In this document: piece after piece, positions 12,916 through 24,823 of the stretch
Layout of the letters: the number at the start of each line of letters is the position of its first letter
Position numbering within the stretch: the first letter of the stretch is position 1
From: Octopus sinensis
Lineage: Eukaryota
Assembly (NCBI RefSeq): GCF_006345805.1
Contig: NC_043012.1
Coordinates: forward strand, 372,001 to 436,000
Direction of reading: 5' to 3'
Length of the DNA stretch: 64,000 bases
The notes under the pieces: model-generated
The model's database searches: none
What the model saw: only the letters and a program-made list of their open reading frames with translations
What the model was told of the DNA's origin: nothing
Translations under genes and position numbers: made by a program

Positions 12916-13460
12916 ACAGAAATACACATATTTACATATATACATCCTTTGTCGTCTTCTCCGCTTGGTTTGCCATGTAATTCGAATCCCAGATAACCGG
13001 CTCCCAAAGACGGTCCAGTACAGAAAAAGGTACACAGATACACATATTTACATATATACATCCTTTGTCGTCTTCTCCGCTTGGTTTGCCATGTAATTCG
13101 AGTCCCAGATAACCGGGTCCCAAAGATGGTCCAGTTCAGAGAGACCAAAATTGGAAGATCTCATGGACCTCCAAAACTTAGATTTCGTGATAATCTCAAG
13201 CGGTCTCTGATTTTATGTAGTGTGCCTCCCTTTCGGTTGGAGGCTCTGGCTGTTCATCGGAAGGCATTGAAGTCCACGTGTGAAACGGGAGTAGAGCACT
13301 TTGAAAACGAACGCTGGAGACTGCATGAAGAGTGAAAGATCGATCTTTATCAGAATCCTGCGGCTGTTGTTCTGGGTCACTTTCAGTGCCTGCAGTAACA
13401 CAGGATCTGCCTATTTCTTTACAGTCTTTTCAGTTACATCTTCATCCATAAGCATCAATG
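12916..13460 (+). mobile_element. RTE (BovB-like) LINE 3' fragment with a local ~116-bp duplication of its 5' edge
   Basis: RRLRLVCHVIRVPDNRVPK..GRSHGPPKLRFRDNLKRSL..TGVEHFENER. The catcctttgtcg...ggtccagt segment is repeated at 12943 and 13059. Confidence 0.8.
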
Positions 13461-13524
13461 TCCTAGAGACAGAGGAGGATGAATGAACTGAATCAACATT
13501 GTCAACATCTTTGAACAATATATA

Positions 13525-13725
13525 CGAGGGGATGCTGAAAAGTTCCTGGCTTTAAGGGTTCAAGAGGGGGCTCGTTGGAAGCCCTACCTTCGGAGCTCTT
13601 TTACAGGCCTTAGAAATATTGAAGGACCGCTGAAATAAGTGTGCAAAATCTGGAACGGGAATATGTTGTACAAAATCACAATTAACTGATTCTCCTGTAC
13701 TTTTACCCAAAGCCAAGAATATTTA
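13525..13725 (+). mobile_element. mariner-derived MITE
   Basis: TA + cgaggggatgctgaaaagttcctggc TIR with a partial inverted copy (gccaagaatattt). Internal NKCV..GEYV remnant. A related decayed copy lies at 36540-36712. Confidence 0.65.
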
Positions 13726-13824
13726 CACGTTAATATCGAACAATGAGAATGGGTGCAAAACATTGCGTTAGTTGATAATAATTCTTTATTTGTTGGTTAG
13801 GGCTATCATTCGTTTCATGTCTAA

Positions 13825-14160
13825 CACACGTGGACATGTTTACAAAGTCAGAAAACAGCACAGCTTCCATGACTTTCGGAAACATTTTTTCACGCTGAAG
13901 AGTTGCGGAAGCATGGAACAAACTGCCGGCATCAGTTGTTAGTTGTCGGAGCCCTGCATCCTTCAAAACTTCCATGCTTCCTGAGATTAGCCAAAACTAA
14001 ACCTGATTTTCTCCCCTCCAAACAAACGCAAACATGTATCTTACTCATACACTGTTCACTTTCCAGACATTTGTACATTACTGCATATGCTTTACACGCA
14101 CTTTTGACAAGTTGTGGTGCACCTGAGCACAGTATACAATAATTTCATTATTATTATTAG
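13825..14160 (+). mobile_element. CR1/L2-type LINE 3' end
   Basis: GHVYKVRKQHSFHDFRKHFFTLRVAEAWNKLPASVVSCRSPASFK (across a frameshift) is the classic CR1 C-terminus; (ATT)n tail. Confidence 0.85.
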
Positions 14161-14324
14161 TAGCATGTTAAGAGAGATGCATTGCAGGTTTTTTTAGACT
14201 TTTTTCAAGGGAGACGTTTATTATTTTCAAGCATAAATCTCCTTCAAACTAAGATAATACAGACACAGACACAAACGTACGCACACACACACGCACACAC
14301 GCGCGCGCGCGCACACACACACAC

Positions 14325-14357
<33 letters not shown>

Positions 14358-14483
14358 CATAAATACAAACATGCATGCATGCACGCATACATACATACAT
14401 ACATACATACATACATACATACATACATACACATACATACATGCATACATACATACATATATGTATATATATATATATATATC

Positions 14484-15215
14484 CGAGGTAGCATAAAAAT
14501 TTCTAGGATTAGTTATCTTTATTTAAATAACTTATTTACCTGAGTTTTAACATAATCACCTTCGAAATAGTAACCTTGGGCAACAATATACCAATCCCAG
14601 CATTCCTGCCACTTTTGGAATCCAGTCTTTTTTTCCGTAAGTGGAGAACCTTCTGCGATTCGCTCCGGCTCTCAACAACGGTGTGAAAACGACGACCCTT
14701 GAGTTGCCTTTTCCTCGTAGGTTAGAGATAGACGTGCGTAGGTGATAAATTTGGCGAATAGGGTAAGTGTGGCGGCGATATTTGTTTTTGGTGAGAAACT
14801 CACGAGTGAGGAGAGCGAGGTGGCAGGGTGCATTGTCCGTCGGGAAGAATCCACTTCTTTGAGCTCCACTCGTCCTTTGGCTTTCGCCGAATGTCATTCT
14901 TCAAACGCTTCAAAACTTCGCAATAGGCGTAGGAGTGGCTGTTTGCTAAGTAGCTTGCTAACCAACCACATGGTTTCGGGTTCAGTCCCACTGCGTGGCA
15001 CCTTGGGCAACTGTCATCTACTATGGGCCGACCAAAGCCTTGTGAATTGATTTGGTAGACGGAAACTGAAAGAAGCCCGTCGTATATATGTATATATATA
15101 CATATATATATATATATAATTTATTTAAAGCAGCAGAAAATTCAACAAAACCTGTTACTCTGAGTTTCCCGTTGCCGTTCATCGGACAGTTTTTGCTAGA
15201 AAAAATATACTCCGG

Positions 15216-15262
<47 letters not shown>

Positions 15263-15968
15263 TGTGTAGTGTGTGTGTGTGTGTGTGTGTGTGTCTGTGT
15301 TTGTGTCCGTCCCCCCAACATCGCTTGACAACCGGTGCTGGTGTGTTTACGTCCGCGTAACTTAGCGGTTCGGCAAAAGAGACCGATAGAATAAGTACTA
15401 GGCTTACAAAGAATAAGTCCTGGGGTTCGATTTGCTTGACTAAAGGCGGTGCTCCAGCATGGCCGCAGCCAAATGACTGAAACAAGTAAAAGAGAGAATA
15501 GATCTCTCGATTGATGGAATGTCCTTGAGGTGGGGGCTGAACTCTCGATGCACTATACCACATTTACGGAATTGACGCTCGTGGCAAGTCCTCCATATCG
15601 TTTATCATCTCCCATGGACTTTCTTCCGTTTTTCAAGCGCTCGTGCCACCCGAAACATTGCGTGCGACATATTTCCCCTTCACCGTAAGCTCTCTGATGC
15701 ATGCTCAATGTCTCTGTAACAGACTTTCCAAGTTTGATGCAAAATTTTACGTTTCGTTCTTTGTTCTTGCCCATGACAAAATTGCAGACTACAGCATATA
15801 CGTGCTTACAAAGACACAAATTTCACAATTTCTTAGTAAAAGCAGCGATGTCACTCAGTACACTGCCTCATGAACGTCACTGCAAGCTCTCACTACGCAC
15901 GCAACCGTGTTTGGCCGTCTACTGGCGCGCTACAGATCTAGTCATGGAACGTTTGTGACACCACATTG
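14484..15968 (-). mobile_element. mariner (DD34D) transposon, decayed, interrupted by a SINE
   Basis: N-terminus VKFCIKLGKSVTETLSMHQRAYG..TQCFGWHERLKNGRKS (15553-15800). Catalytic DNAPCHLAL..REFL and terminal QGYYFEG (14560-14870). Degenerate TIRs with TA flanks. Confidence 0.85.
14926..15495 (+). mobile_element. tRNA-derived SINE family B (CORE-like motif, internal (TA)n(TG)n tract)
   Basis: Head aggagtggctgt, B box GGGTTCAGTCC, ccttgggcaa motif, and tail ggcggtgctccagcatggccgcag..aaacaagtaaaagag. Confidence 0.92.
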
Positions 15969-16033
15969 TAATAATATATATATATATTTATTAAATATAT
16001 ATATTTATATATATATATTATATAATATATATA

Positions 16034-16096
<63 letters not shown>

Positions 16097-16293
16097 AATA
16101 GGCGAACGAATTATCCTAGTATGGATAATTCGGTTAATCGATACCTGAGTAGCAAATTCACGTCAGTAAAACACGTTTGAAGTTACATGCCAAGGTCAGA
16201 ACTTCGTGTTTGTATGTGGAAATTTGTGTGTTTCTTTATATGAATAAATGAAAAGAATGGAGTCGAACGAAGATTCTAACTAAATTCCTTTAC

Positions 16294-16374
16294 TTTCGAC
16301 ATATGTTTCGAAGACTGCATATTCTTAATTCTGAAGGAATGAAGGTTGCATTATGCCGTCTTCTCATCAGGAAA
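16294..16374 (-). ncRNA. Type I hammerhead ribozyme motif, fully canonical core
   Basis: Minus strand: UUUC-CUGAUGA-GAAGAC..GUCUUC-GAAA-CAUAUGU-C-GAAA. Stem I 4 bp, stem II 6+5 bp, palindromic stem III ACAUAUGU, GUC cleavage triplet. Confidence 0.72.
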
Positions 16375-16506
16375 TACCTCTATCAGCCTCAAGACGGACA
16401 AAAGCTTCTTAATAACTGTCTACATGATTTCCACATACACATACATACATACATACATATATATATATATATACATATTTTATCTAGTTTCAGCTCATAA
16501 GCTGTG

Positions 16507-16566
<60 letters not shown>

Positions 16567-16596
16567 CATGCATATATACACACATATATATATATT

Positions 16597-16629
<33 letters not shown>

Positions 16630-16664
16630 ATAAATACATATATATATATTAATGTGTGTGTGTG

Positions 16665-16998
16665 AAGGCGCATGGCTCAGTGGTTAGAGCGTCGAGCTTA
16701 CGATCGTGAGGTTGTGAGTTCGAATCCCGGACCGGGCTGCGTGTTGTGTTCTTGAGCAACACACTTTATTTCACGTTGCTCCAGTTCACTCAGCTGTAGA
16801 GATGTGTTGCAAAGTCGCAGGTACCAAGCTGTAACGGCCTTTGCCTTTCCCTTGGATAACACTGGTGACGTGGAGAGGGTAGGACAGGTATGCATGGGCA
16901 ACTGCTGGTCTTGCATAAGCAACCTTGCCCGCACTTGTGTCTGGGAGGGTAACTTTCTAGGTGCAATCCCATGGTCAGTCATGACCGAAGGCGATCTC
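16665..16998 (+). mobile_element. tRNA-derived SINE family C
   Basis: A box TGGCTCAGTGG, B box GAGTTCGAATCC. Second copy on the minus strand at 37314-37645. Confidence 0.92.
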
Positions 16999-17048
16999 AT
17001 CAATATATATACAAACATATATATATATATATACATATATATATACAC

Positions 17049-17080
<32 letters not shown>

Positions 17081-17321
17081 TATATATATATATATATTAT
17101 ATATAATACATGCCCTTAGCTTTTTTTTTATCTTAGTACGCAAAAAGTCCTTATATACACATGCTGACATAGAACCAAAGTTGAACCCCTTATTCGCAAA
17201 ATTACCGAATCTGGAACTTACCTATGGTCTGTCTATAGCACTTATTCAGCATTACCTGACACCTTTGGCTCTCAATGACACCATACCTCTTTCTTTTATA
17301 TATAATATATATATACATTAC

Positions 17322-17381
<60 letters not shown>

Positions 17382-17453
17382 GTATATATATGTATATATA
17401 TATATATTAATATATATATATATATGTGCGTATATATTATATATATCTATATC

Positions 17454-17516
<63 letters not shown>

Positions 17517-19186
17517 CGCACTAGGATATATATGTTTATATGCGCATATTGAAACAAATAGACAGGCATGCAGATAGACAGACAGACAGACACACAGATA
17601 AACATGATGAGTCATAAGAGAACAAATATCAAGAAATACATTACAATGACCCCCACATGCAAATCGTAAAATATAATATTTCATTCTTTCGTTTGATATT
17701 ACGCTTGATGTCATAGCCAGGTGAGGATGACTAGACAGAAAAAGCTCGACAGTCGACAAAGGATATTGATACTGTGATATTCAAAAGCCGATACCAGATA
17801 TCAGAGGTCTTCTTGCGTTTCGTGTGGACACTCTCTAACATACCTGGTTCAGTCGCAGCTGTAATGCGGAAATACGAGTTATTGGAAATACGACAAGTAT
17901 TCTAGATATTACGTTATACATACCAATGCACGAATTGCATGTCAGACTCATAAACAGGAATACGTTGACACACATATCAAAACATGTGTGTATATATACA
18001 TATATATATATTATTATTATATATATATATGTGTGTGTTGTATACTTTACCCTTACATTTCCACGTGTATTTTATATTTTATATTTTCTTTTTGTAACAT
18101 ATTTCTACTATATATATATATATATATACTATATATATATATATATACAATATATATATATATATACATATATATGTGTATATATATATGTATGTATATA
18201 TATATCATATAATATATAATGTGTGTGTGTATGTATATTCTCATATATGTGTATATGTGTATACGTGATTAGGAACATGTGTGACTGGGTATTTGCTATA
18301 TCTATCTTTATAACTATATACATAAGCACACATACATGCATACATACATATGTACATACATATATATACACATACAAGTTCACATTCATCCATACAAATT
18401 CGCATACTTACACGTACACCAAACACGCGGACATATCTATACGTATGTAAATAATACTCGCGTATACATATATCATGCAGATATCTAAGTATACATATAC
18501 GCTCACTTTTATACACGCTACGTATATGTTGTATATTTGATATGTTGTATATTTGATATCTAGTCAGTGTAGAGAGAATTTCATTTGGTTTTTGGTACAA
18601 GTCTGTTGAATATTAGTTCGAATCCCACGGTAGTCACTTCTAGCGGTCACTTTATCAAGGTCCACCATAAAGAAAAAAAAAATACTAAAAGTAAATCGAG
18701 GTGGGGCTATGGATTAGTATCCTATTTACATAGTCAGACTTGCATTATCGTTAGGGGTTTTGGGGGCTCTTAGCAACTCATCATATAACTCCGGTGCCAT
18801 GGTGTGCTAGTGTTTAACAAACGCCTTTTTCTTGCAGGACATTGTTAGTAACAAATACAGGAAACTTTGTTAAGAAGCAATTGCTAATTTCCTTCTAAAA
18901 ACACTTACTCATGTCTGCGTAGATATATGCAGAAACATGATCATCCCTCCCTATTCGCATTCGTGGACAGAAGTTCCGCATTCATAGATAGAATTTTTTT
19001 TTATTTGTATATTAATACTGCCTTTGGTTTCATGTTGTGAAAGTATCGTAATATCGTAACAATTTCTCAAGCTGATCACACGGAGGAATCGTGTTCGTCT
19101 CCATTTTACTAAAAAAAAATAGTGTCGTTGAATACACGGAGATTCTCGCAGATAAAACAACAAATCAAGGATCACTGCTCTTGGAT

Positions 19187-19218
<32 letters not shown>

Positions 19219-19288
19219 TGTATGTATGTATGTATGTATATATATATATATATATATACATGTCTATATGAGTATATGTATATGTGCT

Positions 19289-19326
<38 letters not shown>

Positions 19327-20403
19327 CATGTATATACATACATATATGTATGTATGTATATTCAGGTATGAAATAGAAAATTTAGAGGATTGACCACTAA
19401 ATGTGGACAGCCTGTATACAAGAAATAGACGTCAAAATCGCCATTTTCCACGGAGAATGTCTTCTCAAGAAAAAAATCAGCAAAAGGCCAAAGCTTAAAA
19501 ATAAGCAAGACAGATGAAAATATACGAAATAAAAAAACGTACTAATTAGATTCACTTGTTAATAATTTACGTATATGAATACATGAACACCTGCAAGATC
19601 ATCAGCATAGTCTGTCGTTTATAAAACACAATTACTAGAACTAGATACAGGGCGCTCGACCGAAATAACCAATTCATTTTCCTAGATTATTTGAAATTGG
19701 GTATGCTTATTTCTCAGTATTTGAACTGTTAGAGTTATTTTCGCAATAGTAAATTTTGGTATCCACAAAAGTTAATTAAAATTAGGAATTTTGAAAGAAG
19801 CATTAATAAAATGACTTTTTATGCATCGTATGGCTATGGGGTCCGTAATCAAAATGGGTCCATAGATAAGTGATTGAGAAGTCCAGATAGGTCCTATCAA
19901 GTAATGCGTAGTGTACTTCTTATTGTTAAACGATTCTGTAGGTTCCATGTCATTCAATGAGGAATGCCTGGTCTGGATTATAATAGAGATATAATAAGGT
20001 ACCCAACCGGATTCTAATTCCCTAGTCCTTTTTATTTTGTATGCATATATATATATATATATATATTTAAACAAGTACCCTACTGTTTTCATCATCGTGA
20101 GATTTTCTCCCTCAAATTGTCTCGTTTCAAGCTATCCCACAGAGCTTGAATCCTTTCTCTAATTGCTTTTTTATATATATATTTATTATAAAACTTATAA
20201 CCCTTTCAGCCTTTCCAGTCCCTGCCCAACACCTTCCCTTTACTTTTGGCAATACTCTACTCACGCGATATCTCTAATTAATCGCTCTCCGTCCGTATAT
20301 TTCCCCTACGTTTCTGACTCAACTTTAACGAGTCTATCTGCCTACCAGTCTATCTGTCTGTATATGTATGTATTTATGCATATACATTCACACACTTGCA
20401 TAC

Positions 20404-20439
<36 letters not shown>

Positions 20440-20580
20440 GTACAAATACACACCACACACACATGTATATATACATACATATACATATATATATATATCT
20501 ATATACACAGACACACACAATCGAGCGCACAAATCCACACACATATATAGGTGTGTGTGTGTTTTGTGTGTGGGAGTATG

Positions 20581-20624
<44 letters not shown>

Positions 20625-20859
20625 CACACACATTTATATATATACTTGCAAATATCTAAATATAGATAAATAAATATATATAGAGAGAGAGGGAGAGAGA
20701 GAGATGCATATATACATACATATCTTTATATACCTTTATAAACGTATATATATACCTGCATATAGACATGAGTATGTATGTGTGAGCGTGTGAGTTTGGA
20801 TGTGCATATATCTGTGTAATTCTGTGTGTACACTAGCAATCTATCTATCTATCTATCAA

Positions 20860-20899
<40 letters not shown>

Positions 20900-21472
20900 T
20901 CTGTCTATCTGTTTATCTATTTATCTATCTATCTACCTATCTATCTATCTACCTAGCTAGCTATGTGCGCTCGCGTGTGTTTAATTTGTGTGTTTGTGTG
21001 TGATTGCATCTGCATGTATTTGTGAGTATAATTTCATGTTCGGGTCTTCTTCATCGTCGTCCGTCTGATGGCTGAGCGCCGGAGGGTACAGAGTCGTCGA
21101 CAAGTTAGCAGTTATAATTTATATTGACCTAACTTAAATACGTAGATTATTTTCTCTTTTAACCTTCTCACCTTGAAGTCTTAAGCTGTTCTCATGGACA
21201 CAAACTTTCGGTGAATCTTCAATTACAAACAATAATTACCAGAAATATGTATAAACGTACAAACGATCACACATTCATGTACACACTCTTACTCACCGAT
21301 ATTACGAATGCTCGCATGTGTGTGTGCGTGTGTCTGTGTGTATGAATGTGTTTGCGTATGCATATCTATGTATATTTCTATTTAGGTGTTGACATGTAAT
21401 GCTGCAAATTAATAAATAAATTCATTTAACTGTATACGTGCATACAAGCACACATATTCGTATGCCTGTCTG

Positions 21473-21533
<61 letters not shown>

Positions 21534-21551
21534 TCATCTATCTATCTATTC

Positions 21552-21620
<69 letters not shown>

Positions 21621-21622
21621 CG

Positions 21623-21667
<45 letters not shown>

Positions 21668-21683
21668 TTAGCTCATTCATGCA

Positions 21684-21840
21684 TTTTTTCGTCTCCTTGT
21701 TTTTTTCTGTGTATCTTTCTGTCGAAGAGCGTAGGCTCGAAACGTAAAAGACTTTTTCTATTCCTGTGCGCTATACTAATACGTTTGTTTGTTTGTACTC
21801 CACCTGCCTTCGTCTTTTGCTTATTTTCGTAAACTTTCCC
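21684..21840 (+). mobile_element. PLE-derived short retroposon, CUGUNGA hammerhead family, copy 2
   Basis: TCTTT-CTGTCGA-A-GAGC-GTAG-GCTC-GAAA-CGT-A-AAAGA at 21714-21751, followed by (TA)n. Confidence 0.75.
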
Positions 21841-22184
21841 TTTATATATATATGTATGAAAGCGGCCAAATGAATAAAACCATTTGATGTAGTTTGAGGT
21901 TATTACGTAGTGAATGGAACCACATATAAAGAAGGAACAGAGGACCAATACTTATTTTTTATTACCATCACTTCAGTTGCCATTACTCAATAATTAATAC
22001 ATATTAAATACTGTAAAGCATAATCCACCATATCATTTAATGACATATCAGATCGGAAGATGGGGTCTAAATCTCTCAATGATAAATTAGAGAACAGAGA
22101 ACATGAACTTCAAAGTATTCTGTAAATGCTTGTTTATATTGTATGTCAAAGGCTTTTAGGATCAGGATCTGCTTTCTGTTTGAA

Positions 22185-23702
22185 TTATTCTTTTCTACTC
22201 TGGGCACGCGGCCCAAATTCGATTGTATCGACCCCAGGACGCAACAGGTACTTAATTTATCGTCACCGAAAGGATGAAAGGCAAAGTCGATCTCGGCGGA
22301 ATTTGAATTCGCAACATAAGAAACGGACGAAATACCTATTTCTTTACTACCCACAAGGGGCTAAACACAGAGAGGACAAACAAGCACAGACAAATGGATT
22401 AAGTCGATTAATCAAGTACCAGTTGCGTACTGGGTCGATCTAATTGACTGGCCACCTCCACAAAAATTTCGGGCCTTGTGCCTAGAGTAGAAAAGAATAT
22501 TGGTTTCAAATTTTAGCACAAAATCATCAATTTTGGGGGAGGGTTAAGTCGATTACATCGTCCCCAGTGCTCAACTAGTATTTATTCTATTGACACCTTT
22601 CGGTATCGATACAATAAATACCAGCTGAGCACCGAACTTAGAACCTGAAAAATAAGTACCAGTGCGTAACTGGTACTTATTTAATCGATCCTGAAAGGAT
22701 GAAAAGCAAAGTCGACCTCGGCGGAATTTGAACTCCGAGCGCAACGGCAGACGAAATACCGCTAAGCATTTCGCCCGGTGCGATAACGTTTCTGCCAGCT
22801 TGCCGTCTTCTGTTGTTTGAATTCTTCTTATCGAAATATTGGCTTCAAATATTGGCACAAGGCCAGCGAATTTCAGGGTAGCTGGGAAAGTCGATTACAA
22901 GTACTGTAGCGCTCAACTGGTATTTATTTTATCGACCCTGTAACGGCAAAGTCGACCTCGACGAAGTTTGAATTCAGAACGTAAAGTTAGGCGAAATGCT
23001 GCTGGGCTTTTTGCCCTTGTGCAGTCGATTCTGCCTGCTCACGGCCTCATTCTTTCCGAAATAATATATTATATTATATCAAAGGGCGGCAAGCTGGCAG
23101 ACGGGTTAGTACGCCGTGCAAAGTACGTAGAAGTATTTAGTCCGTTTTCAGGTTCTGAGTTCCGTGCTCAGCTGGTATTTATTGTATCGACACCGAAAGG
23201 TGTCGATAGAATAAATACCAGTTGAGCACTGGGGTCGATGTAATCGATTTCACCCTCCCCCAAAATTGATGATTTTGTGCTAAAATTTGAAACCAATATT
23301 CTTTTCTCCTCTAGGCACAAAGACCGAAATTTTTGTGGAGGTGGCCAGTCGATTAGATCGACTCCAGTACGCAACTGGTACTTGATTTATTAACTACGAA
23401 AGGATGAAATGCAACGCTGACCTCGGTGCAATTTGAACTCAGAACGTAAAGACAGACGAAATACCTATTTCTTTACTAAACACAAGGGGCTAAACACAGA
23501 GGGGACAAACAAGGACACACAAACAGATTAAGTCGATTATATCGACCCCAGTGCGCAACTGGTACTTATTTAATCGACACCGAAATGATTTGAGGCAAAG
23601 TCGACCTCGGCGGAATTTGAACTCAGAACGTAGCGGCAGACGAAATACGGCTACGCATTTCGCCGCCCGGCGTGCTAACGTTTCTGCCAGCTCGACGCCT
23701 TA
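22185..23702. mobile_element. Cluster of rearranged SINE family A copies in both orientations
   Basis: Heads at about 22808 (-), 23048 (-), 23082 (+) and 23701 (-), with multiple cores and tails. Contains an inverted duplication (see findings). Confidence 0.9.
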
Positions 23703-23760
23703 ACTTGAAACCGATATTACATTATACATATACACGTGTGTGTGTGTGTATGTGTGTGTG

Positions 23761-23810
<50 letters not shown>

Positions 23811-24299
23811 GTGTTTAGAAGGGATTCATTTAAATCAATAATTCTCAGACATATTTTAATAATAATTCTACCTTTCTTTACTTTCTCATTTCCAACGCCC
23901 CGCCACCACCACCACCACTTCCTACGATTCAGTGCTCTCCCCTCCGCCGCCATTTTAATATATACATGCATGTAATATCAAACCGTAGCAATTTAGTTCA
24001 AGGTACCCTGTTTGACGCGGGTGACTACTTACCACAGCACCACCCTATTATAAGTTGGATACTGCAAGCATATGCGGTATATATTCAAGCGTTGTTTATT
24101 TACTTATTCGCATTTCGAAGTCTGCTATGGTTGTTGATGATGCCGTTGTTGTTGTGATTGCAGCTAACTAGCGCTTTATCAAAATATTATATTTAATATT
24201 TTTTGTTGATATTTAAATGGGAGGAGAAAAAAATTTTAAATTTGTACAGATGCATCTATGCATCTATCGCCCCCTAGCGCCCGCTTTTTTTTTTCTAGT

Positions 24300-24359
24300 A
24301 CCCATATTAAATTACCCATTGCTCCCAGGGGGCGGTACCGCCCACTTTGAGAAGCACTG
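24300..24359. mobile_element. hAT/Charlie-like MITE terminus
   Basis: gggggcggtaccgcccactttgagaagcactg, reverse complement CAGTGCTTCTCAAAGTGGG. A similar end ttttgagaaacactg lies at 51551-51565. Partner end not found. Confidence 0.45.
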
Positions 24360-24582
24360 AGATAACCAATTAAGAACACAACAGCGTTTACATTCACTAT
24401 ATTTTATTATTTAATACTGTTGTCTACTATAACGTGTCAAAAGGTTTCGTCGCACTTCTATAATTCTGGTTGCCTGCATGCATAAAATAAAGCTTCCTAT
24501 TGTCTCACAAACCAAAGCTTATTTAGATGAATTTACAATATTACAGATTAAAACAAAACAGGCTGGTCACACCTTTTGATGT

Positions 24583-24775
24583 TTTACTTGATTCAGTCAT
24601 TTGACTCTGGCCATGCTAGGACACCACCCTGAAGAAATTTTAGTCGAATGAGTGTCTCCTAGTACTTAGTTCTTTTTTATAGCCAAGTACTTCTATCTCA
24701 CACTAATACCGAACCGCTAGGTAATACGGATATAGTCACGCCAACACCGGTTGTCAAGTGGTGGTAGAGGATACA
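24583..24775 (-). mobile_element. SINE family B 3' half, degenerate
   Basis: ttttacttgattcagtcatttgactctggccatgctagg...ccgaaccgcta...caccggttgtcaag. Confidence 0.75.

Positions 24776-24823
<48 letters not shown>

Noticed and set aside
16665-16740. tRNA-like sequence (also at 37570-37645)
   Set aside because: It continues into a SINE body and tail and lacks a proper acceptor stem, so it is a SINE head and not a tRNA gene.
18909-19108. Minus-strand segment bounded by strong AG and GTAAGT sites
   Set aside because: No frame reads through to the donor.
21020-21110. GC-rich patch reading HQTDDDEEDPNMKLYSQI on the minus strand, with branch point and acceptor
   Set aside because: No usable donor before the frame runs into microsatellite and a stop; peptide not recognised.
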